Shown piece by piece: positions 58,797 to 64,000 of a stretch of DNA of 64,000 nucleotides. The DNA comes from Patescibacteria group bacterium (GTDB taxonomy: Bacteria > Patescibacteriota > Patescibacteriia > Buchananbacterales > UBA6539). Positions within the stretch are counted from its first letter, which is position 1; each line of letters starts with the position of its first letter. The stretch covers positions 681,385-745,384 of the forward strand of contig JBAZSB010000001.1 in NCBI GenBank assembly GCA_041662625.1. The letters are read 5' to 3'. A program made the translations under genes and the position numbers. The notes beneath the pieces were generated by a model, which made no database searches, had not been told where the DNA came from, and was given only the letters and a program-made list of their open reading frames with translations.

Positions 58797-59609
58797 ATGA
58801 AGACGAAAATGTTGGTGGTGTTGGCGGTAGCGGTAGTGGTTATGGCTCATGTCGTCCCAGCGGGGGCGGATAACATTACCATGTGGGACGGCTACGGACC
58901 CCTGGGTCTGGGTCCAGGTGGCGAGTGGGCCGAGGTCGAACCGGACTGTTTCCCCGGCTGGGGTTGGGATTTGATAGGAGTCGCGGCGACTGCTCCTGCT
59001 GAGCCAGGTGACCCCTGGCAGATAACGTTTGCGGGCGGATATAACTTCGCCGCCGGCAACGGTGATATCGAATCCGGAGATATATTCCTTGCATTCAGCG
59101 AGGATGGCCCCCTGGACAACCCCGGTGATAGTGGGAGTTGGGGGTACGATATGGTCCTAGATATGGACTGGTCAGGGGATATGCCGTCAGGATCGCCTAT
59201 TCCGTTCAATATCATCGACATCAGCAGCGATCTTGTTGATCTGTTGCTGGTCGGTGAATCGATCAACCATCCTTGGGCCGACCCCTATAGATGGTCGAGT
59301 GGCGGCACTGTTGTCGGATCCGGCAGCGCATCATTCCAGGTCTATGACAACGCTGCTGAATTGGAGGCTGCTTTTCCCGGCGACTTCGAAGGCGCCAATA
59401 GTCTGATTGGCGACGTAACGCTATACACCTTGTCCTTTGAATTCTCGCCCCAAGAGGACAGCGTTCTTTGGACGCACTTCACGATGGAGTGCGGAAACGA
59501 TATTCTCCTCGGCCGGACCGAGTTTCCGGCCGTGCCAGAACCGAGCACGATTTCGTTGCTCTTCATGGGCTGCCTGGGATTGGTACTGAGGAAGCGCCCA
59601 CGGGTGTGA
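58797..59609 (+). CDS. PEP-CTERM sorting-signal protein
   Basis: Signal peptide, acidic body, VPEPSTISLLFMGCLGLVLRKR tail; AAGGAGGT SD. Confidence 0.9.
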   Translation: MKTKMLVVLAVAVVVMAHVVPAGADNITMWDGYGPLGLGPGGEWAEVEPDCFPGWGWDLIGVAATAPAEPGDPWQITFAGGYNFAAGNGDIESGDIFLAFSEDGPLDNPGDSGSWGYDMVLDMDWSGDMPSGSPIPFNIIDISSDLVDLLLVGESINHPWADPYRWSSGGTVVGSGSASFQVYDNAAELEAAFPGDFEGANSLIGDVTLYTLSFEFSPQEDSVLWTHFTMECGNDILLGRTEFPAVPEPSTISLLFMGCLGLVLRKRPRV

Positions 59610-59799
59610 CCGAAAAAGAAACAAGGAGGGAAAACTAACAGAAAACAATGGGCCGGGGTCTTGGACTTCGGCTCTTTTTTTATTCTCCTTAATTAAAAGG
59701 ATGATTTGACATGACTCAATTTATCAGTCAATAAAACAATATAAATCTAAACAAAAAAGTGCAGAGAAATATCTGCACCTTTTTGTTATTCAAAACTTT

Positions 59800-60264
59800 C
59801 TATTGAGCTGGGGGCGGAGTTTGGGCCGGAGCTTGAGTCGGCGAGTTTGGCCGGACTTGAATAGACTGGGCTGTGATACTGCCATCACTGTTGGCCGTGC
59901 CAGTAGCCATCACCGATTCGCCAAGTGTCAAATCAGCTGCGGTGCTAGTAGCCATTTTACCAATTATAGTTGAGCTGGAATAAAAGATAATTTTTGAACC
60001 GCCATCTGGCAATTTCACGGTAATACTTTTATCATCCTGACTGATAATTTCACCCGTTGCCAAACCATTATTACCTGAGCCGCCATTTAGCTGCATCCGC
60101 GCCTGCCGCTGTTCAGAAGTTAAATCTTGAAATCGCCCGCCCGAAGGACCAGCTGACTTACTTTTGCCATAAAGCAGGCCGCCATAAAATGATCCGCCCG
60201 CAACTACTAATAAAGCAACAGCGATACCAATAATTGTATTTGTGTTTTTCATAGTTTTTATCAT
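59800..60264 (-). CDS. DUF5666-like accessory protein of efflux operon
   Basis: SFYGG TM, GEIISQDDKSITVK, DGSITAQSIQ. Confidence 0.75.
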   Translation of the reverse strand: MIKTMKNTNTIIGIAVALLVVAGGSFYGGLLYGKSKSAGPSGGRFQDLTSEQRQARMQLNGGSGNNGLATGEIISQDDKSITVKLPDGGSKIIFYSSSTIIGKMATSTAADLTLGESVMATGTANSDGSITAQSIQVRPNSPTQAPAQTPPPAQ

Positions 60265-60272
60265 GAATTAAA

Positions 60273-60346
60273 AATTAGGGAACTAGGAAGTTAGGAGGTT
60301 AGAAGATAAAACCTAATTCCTAATTTCCTAACCTCCTAACTTTCTA
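60273..60346. repeat. Inverted 8/9-mer repeat hairpin (TTAGGAAG)n/(CCTAATTT)n
   Basis: aattagggaactaggaagttaggaggttag ... cctaattcctaatttcctaacctcctaac. Confidence 0.7.
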
Positions 60347-61570
60347 TTCGTATCTTAAAGCTTCAATCGGATTAAGTTTAGCCGCCCGCCGGGCTGGATA
60401 ATAACCAAAGACAATACCAATTGCCGCTGATACGCCAACCGCCAAAAAAACTGACCAGCTGGTAACGGTCGTGGTTGTCCCACCAAATTTAGTTATTAAA
60501 ATAGCGGAAATCCAGCCAAGTAATATACCAACAATGCCGCCAATAAAAGTTAAGGCCACTGATTCAGCTAAAAATTGAATGCTAATATCACGATTTTTCG
60601 CACCCAATGATTTTCTTAAACCGATTTCCCGGGTTCTTTCCGTAACAGTGGTTAACATCATATTCATAATGCCAATACCACCGACTAACAAAGAAATTCC
60701 CGCAATCGCGCCCAAAAGTAAAGTTAGCGTGTCGCTGACCGACGACATCGCGTTTAAAACATCGGCCTGATTAACAATGCTGAAATCGGCGCTCGTGGAA
60801 TCAGAAATACTATGTCTGATTAAAAGCAAGCTGGTTATCTGCTCCTGGGCCGCTGTCATTAAATCTTCTTGAGTTATCTGAACATTAATGTTACTGACGG
60901 ATTTACTGCCGGTTAAATATTGCTGGGCCGTGGAAATCGGAATATAAATTAAATCATCAGCGCTGCCAAAGCCGGTGCCGCCCTTGCTTTTGGTAACACC
61001 AATAATAGTGAACTCTAAAGTGTCAATACGAATTTTTTGCCCAACCGGATTGGTGCCTTCGCCAAACAAATCATCGCGGGTAGTCGGGCCTAAAACAGCA
61101 ACTTTTGATGTTGCCTTAATGTGCTCGCTGGTAATAAAATTCCCCGTTTCAACCTCAATGCTTTTAATTACTTGATAAGAAGTATCAATGCCATAAATAC
61201 TGGTATTGGTATTTGTCCCCTTGGTCGTTTTAACCTGCTTGCGGCTGGAAACTGTCGGCGCAATGACATCAATATTGGCAATTTGCTCTTTAATCGCCTC
61301 GGCATCTTCTAAAGTCAACGTAGTCGCTGATCCCATTCCGCCCTGCACCATTGTCCCCACTCCCTGTTGTGATCCCGGTGAAATAACCAATAAATTAGTG
61401 CCTAAAGACTGAATATTTTTTTGAATACTGACCGCTGTGCCTTGGCCGATAGAAATCATGGCAATTACTGAACCAATGCCAATTACTATTCCTAGGATAG
61501 TTAAAAACGATCGGGATTTATTAGCCGATAAAGCAAAATAGGTTTCTTTAAATAAATCAGATAAAAGCAT
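60344..61570 (-). CDS. macB: MacB-type ABC permease
   Basis: RSFLTILGIVIG, GGIGIMNMML..VTERTREIGLRK, PARRAAKLNPIEALRYE. Confidence 0.9.
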   Translation of the reverse strand: MLLSDLFKETYFALSANKSRSFLTILGIVIGIGSVIAMISIGQGTAVSIQKNIQSLGTNLLVISPGSQQGVGTMVQGGMGSATTLTLEDAEAIKEQIANIDVIAPTVSSRKQVKTTKGTNTNTSIYGIDTSYQVIKSIEVETGNFITSEHIKATSKVAVLGPTTRDDLFGEGTNPVGQKIRIDTLEFTIIGVTKSKGGTGFGSADDLIYIPISTAQQYLTGSKSVSNINVQITQEDLMTAAQEQITSLLLIRHSISDSTSADFSIVNQADVLNAMSSVSDTLTLLLGAIAGISLLVGGIGIMNMMLTTVTERTREIGLRKSLGAKNRDISIQFLAESVALTFIGGIVGILLGWISAILITKFGGTTTTVTSWSVFLAVGVSAAIGIVFGYYPARRAAKLNPIEALRYE

Positions 61571-61571
61571 A

Positions 61572-62276
61572 TTATTTATCCTTTAATAAACCAGCACTTG
61601 GCCGGTCGGCAAAAATCATTCCGTCTTTTATTTCAATCACCCGATCCGCGTGCTCAGCCACATATTTTTCATGGGTAATTAAAATAATCGTATGGCCCTT
61701 TTCGCGGTTTAATTTCTGAAAGGTCTCTAAAACGATATCACCGGTTTTTGAATCTAAATTGCCAGTCGGCTCATCGGCCAAAATTAAATCCGGATCATTA
61801 ACCAATGCCCGGGCAATGGCCACGCGCTGCATTTGTCCGCCGGACAATTGATTTGAGAGGTGATGCCAACGATTTTTTTCCAGTCCAGCGGCAATCAAAG
61901 CCGCTTCAGCTTTTTTTTGCCGTTCAGCCTTGGGAATTTTTTTATCATAAATTAAGGGAACAATTACATTTCTTAAAACCGTGGTTCGGGAAAGCAGATT
62001 AAATGACTGAAAAACAAAACCAATCTTTTGAGAACGAATTTCCGCCAATTCGTCATCTGATAGTTTAAGCATGTCTTTACCGTTAAGAAAATAACTCCCG
62101 CTGGTCGGACGATCCAAGGCGCCTAAAATATGCATTAAAGTTGACTTACCCGAACCCGATGGCCCGACAATCGCCATAAATTCACCTTTTTTGATCTGAA
62201 AAGAAACCTCTTTTAGCACCTTAGTCTCAATATCGCCAGTCTGATAAATTTTTGTTATTTTTTCACACTTAATCAT
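61572..62276 (-). CDS. MacB/LolD-type ABC ATPase
   Basis: [34 protein letters not shown]. Confidence 0.95.
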   Translation of the reverse strand: MIKCEKITKIYQTGDIETKVLKEVSFQIKKGEFMAIVGPSGSGKSTLMHILGALDRPTSGSYFLNGKDMLKLSDDELAEIRSQKIGFVFQSFNLLSRTTVLRNVIVPLIYDKKIPKAERQKKAEAALIAAGLEKNRWHHLSNQLSGGQMQRVAIARALVNDPDLILADEPTGNLDSKTGDIVLETFQKLNREKGHTIILITHEKYVAEHADRVIEIKDGMIFADRPSAGLLKDK

Positions 62277-62278
62277 AT

Positions 62279-64000
62279 TTAACTGGGAGGTTTGCCGCCA
62301 CCGCCGCCATTTAGTTGCATCATACCTCTCATCGCATCATTATTTGACTTATTAGTATTAGCACTGCTACTGCTACTGCCACTTATTGTCTGGGTAATAA
62401 CTTGATCACCTTCAACCAGACCATCAGTAATTTCAATCATCGTATCATTACTTATACCAGTAGTTACTGTTTTTTGCTGCTTTTGGCCATCAACTAAAAC
62501 TTCGACATAGCTGCTCTCCCCTGCTGTTTTAACCGCACTGGCAGAAACAACTAAAACATCTTGTTTAGAATCGGTTATAATATTGGCACTTAGACTCATG
62601 CCTGATTTAATTCTTTCATCTTGGACATCAAAAGCAATTTTAATACCATAGCTGACAACACCGGAAGAAACGGCGCCTAAGGTATCAATTTCAATCACCT
62701 CACCGCTAATTGACAAGTCTTCAACGGCATCAAAAGTTAAGGTAGCTTTTTGTCCGACTTTAACTTTGGCAGCATCAATTTCATTAAGAGTAATTTCCGC
62801 TATTTTTTTGGTGGTAATCAAAGTTGCCACCGCTGTTCCAGAAGAAACCGCCGCGCCTTTTTCCAAACTAAGCTCCGCGATAACGCCATCAAATGGCGCC
62901 CGGATAGAATAATCAGCTAATTTTTGCCGGGCGTCCAAAAGAGAATTTTCTTTTTGTTGAATACTAATCTCCTGCGATTTAATATCTAAAGGATCAGTCC
63001 CAGCTAAAAGATCCTCCAAAGTCTGCTCTTGTTCTTGGATAGTGCGTTCGGCATTAATAATATCTTCCTTGGCGTTATCAATAGCAGTTTTGCTGCTAAA
63101 AAGATCGGAAAGAAGGCTGTTGGTTGTACCGGTATAAGTTTCAAGGTTACTTTGATGAGTTGCTGTTTTTGTCGGAATGGTTACACTTTCCTTAGATAAA
63201 GTATCTTCAAAAATATCAATCAAATTTTTAGTGTCTTTAATAGTTTCAGCGACGTCTTTAGTAGTCTCATAGGTCTGATTAATAAGTTCTTCAATAACTT
63301 CATTACTTGAATAACGACTGGCACTTTTATAATTTCCAAGGTTCTGTTCATAACTATCCCGGGCCACTATATAGCTGGCTTTGGCTTTATCGGCATACAC
63401 GGTACCTTGACTATTGTCATCATACTGATTAGTCCGGGTTTTATAATAATCAATATTCCACTGGCTATCGGAAAAATCATTGCCATAAACAACATCTTCA
63501 AGACCCGCCATTAAATTTGGCAGGTCTAAAAAAGCATTGGCAATATTATTAAATCCATCTTCATAAGCTTTATTTAAATCATCTTCGGCATTAGGTTTAG
63601 CTTCCTTCGCTTGGTCCAAGGCATTTTGGGCTTTAGTAATTTCCAGTTCGTCAGCTGGCTGATTTAATTTTTCCAAGGAAAGTTTGGCACTTTCCAGGTT
63701 GGATTGAGCATCGCGAACGGATTTTAAAGCTTCAGTCGCATCTAACTGAGCAATCAGCTGACCGGTTTTAACTTCTTGGCCTTTCTCTACACTAATTGAT
63801 ATTACCTTACCCGAGGCCTCAGGATTTATGTCGACCTGATTAAGAGCGGAAACTTGGCCGGTGCCGGAAATCGAGACGATAATGTTCCCTTTTTCCACTG
63901 CAGCAGTAACGTAGCTTGTCTCTTGCTGACTGCTGCCCCGAAGTTTTGTAAACCCAAAATAGCCGCCGGCTGCTAGTGCTAGGATAACTATTGTCAGAAT
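62279..64000 (-). CDS. macA: MacA/HlyD-type periplasmic adaptor with long helical insert (start lies beyond window end)
   Basis: Frame open to 64000 (ILTIVILALAAGGYFG...); lipoyl halves, IRAPFDGVI, GLVEGDQV. Confidence 0.85.
   Translation of the reverse strand: MLTIVILALAAGGYFGFTKLRGSSQQETSYVTAAVEKGNIIVSISGTGQVSALNQVDINPEASGKVISISVEKGQEVKTGQLIAQLDATEALKSVRDAQSNLESAKLSLEKLNQPADELEITKAQNALDQAKEAKPNAEDDLNKAYEDGFNNIANAFLDLPNLMAGLEDVVYGNDFSDSQWNIDYYKTRTNQYDDNSQGTVYADKAKASYIVARDSYEQNLGNYKSASRYSSNEVIEELINQTYETTKDVAETIKDTKNLIDIFEDTLSKESVTIPTKTATHQSNLETYTGTTNSLLSDLFSSKTAIDNAKEDIINAERTIQEQEQTLEDLLAGTDPLDIKSQEISIQQKENSLLDARQKLADYSIRAPFDGVIAELSLEKGAAVSSGTAVATLITTKKIAEITLNEIDAAKVKVGQKATLTFDAVEDLSISGEVIEIDTLGAVSSGVVSYGIKIAFDVQDERIKSGMSLSANIITDSKQDVLVVSASAVKTAGESSYVEVLVDGQKQQKTVTTGISNDTMIEITDGLVEGDQVITQTISGSSSSSANTNKSNNDAMRGMMQLNGGGGGKPPS

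Noticed and set aside
1-64000. CRISPR array or cas genes
   Set aside because: No regularly spaced 25-45 bp repeats with unique spacers; repeats present are short tandem or palindromic.

Overview
AT-rich bacterial chromosome segment read with the standard code. The gene set, short palindromic repeats and SD-poor core genes look like Patescibacteria/CPR (inference). Most of it is housekeeping: lgt, ppsA-pyk, groESL with a perfect CIRCE, rmuC, a two-component cluster, thioredoxin-fold genes, a csoR-copA copper operon with operator, nnrD, comM, lspA, a dksA-like gene, rpsO-NYN-pnp, a xerC-like gene, MFS, a DEAD-box helicase, terC and a macAB-type efflux system. The notable region is 39.7-50.4 kb, a tRNA-Arg/Arg/His integration hotspot. 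It holds a large serine recombinase (LSR) island whose att site lies inside the recombinase gene. The integrated gene ends in antisense tRNA-His sequence (GGQRESNP*), while a displaced in-frame C-terminal tail (GRERDDVRT...) sits at the far island end. A second homologous tail 1.2 kb further on abuts the original tRNA CCA end and terminator. Two different relic tRNA 3' halves carry near-identical 46-47 bp palindromes at the same T-loop position. Elsewhere: a 105-bp palindromic element read in frame inside lgt, a four-helix-bundle gene flanked by inverted short tandem repeats with many gene-less hairpin relatives, a candidate ~350-nt structured ncRNA, and a riboswitch-like terC leader. All calls are by eye; no database searches were run.
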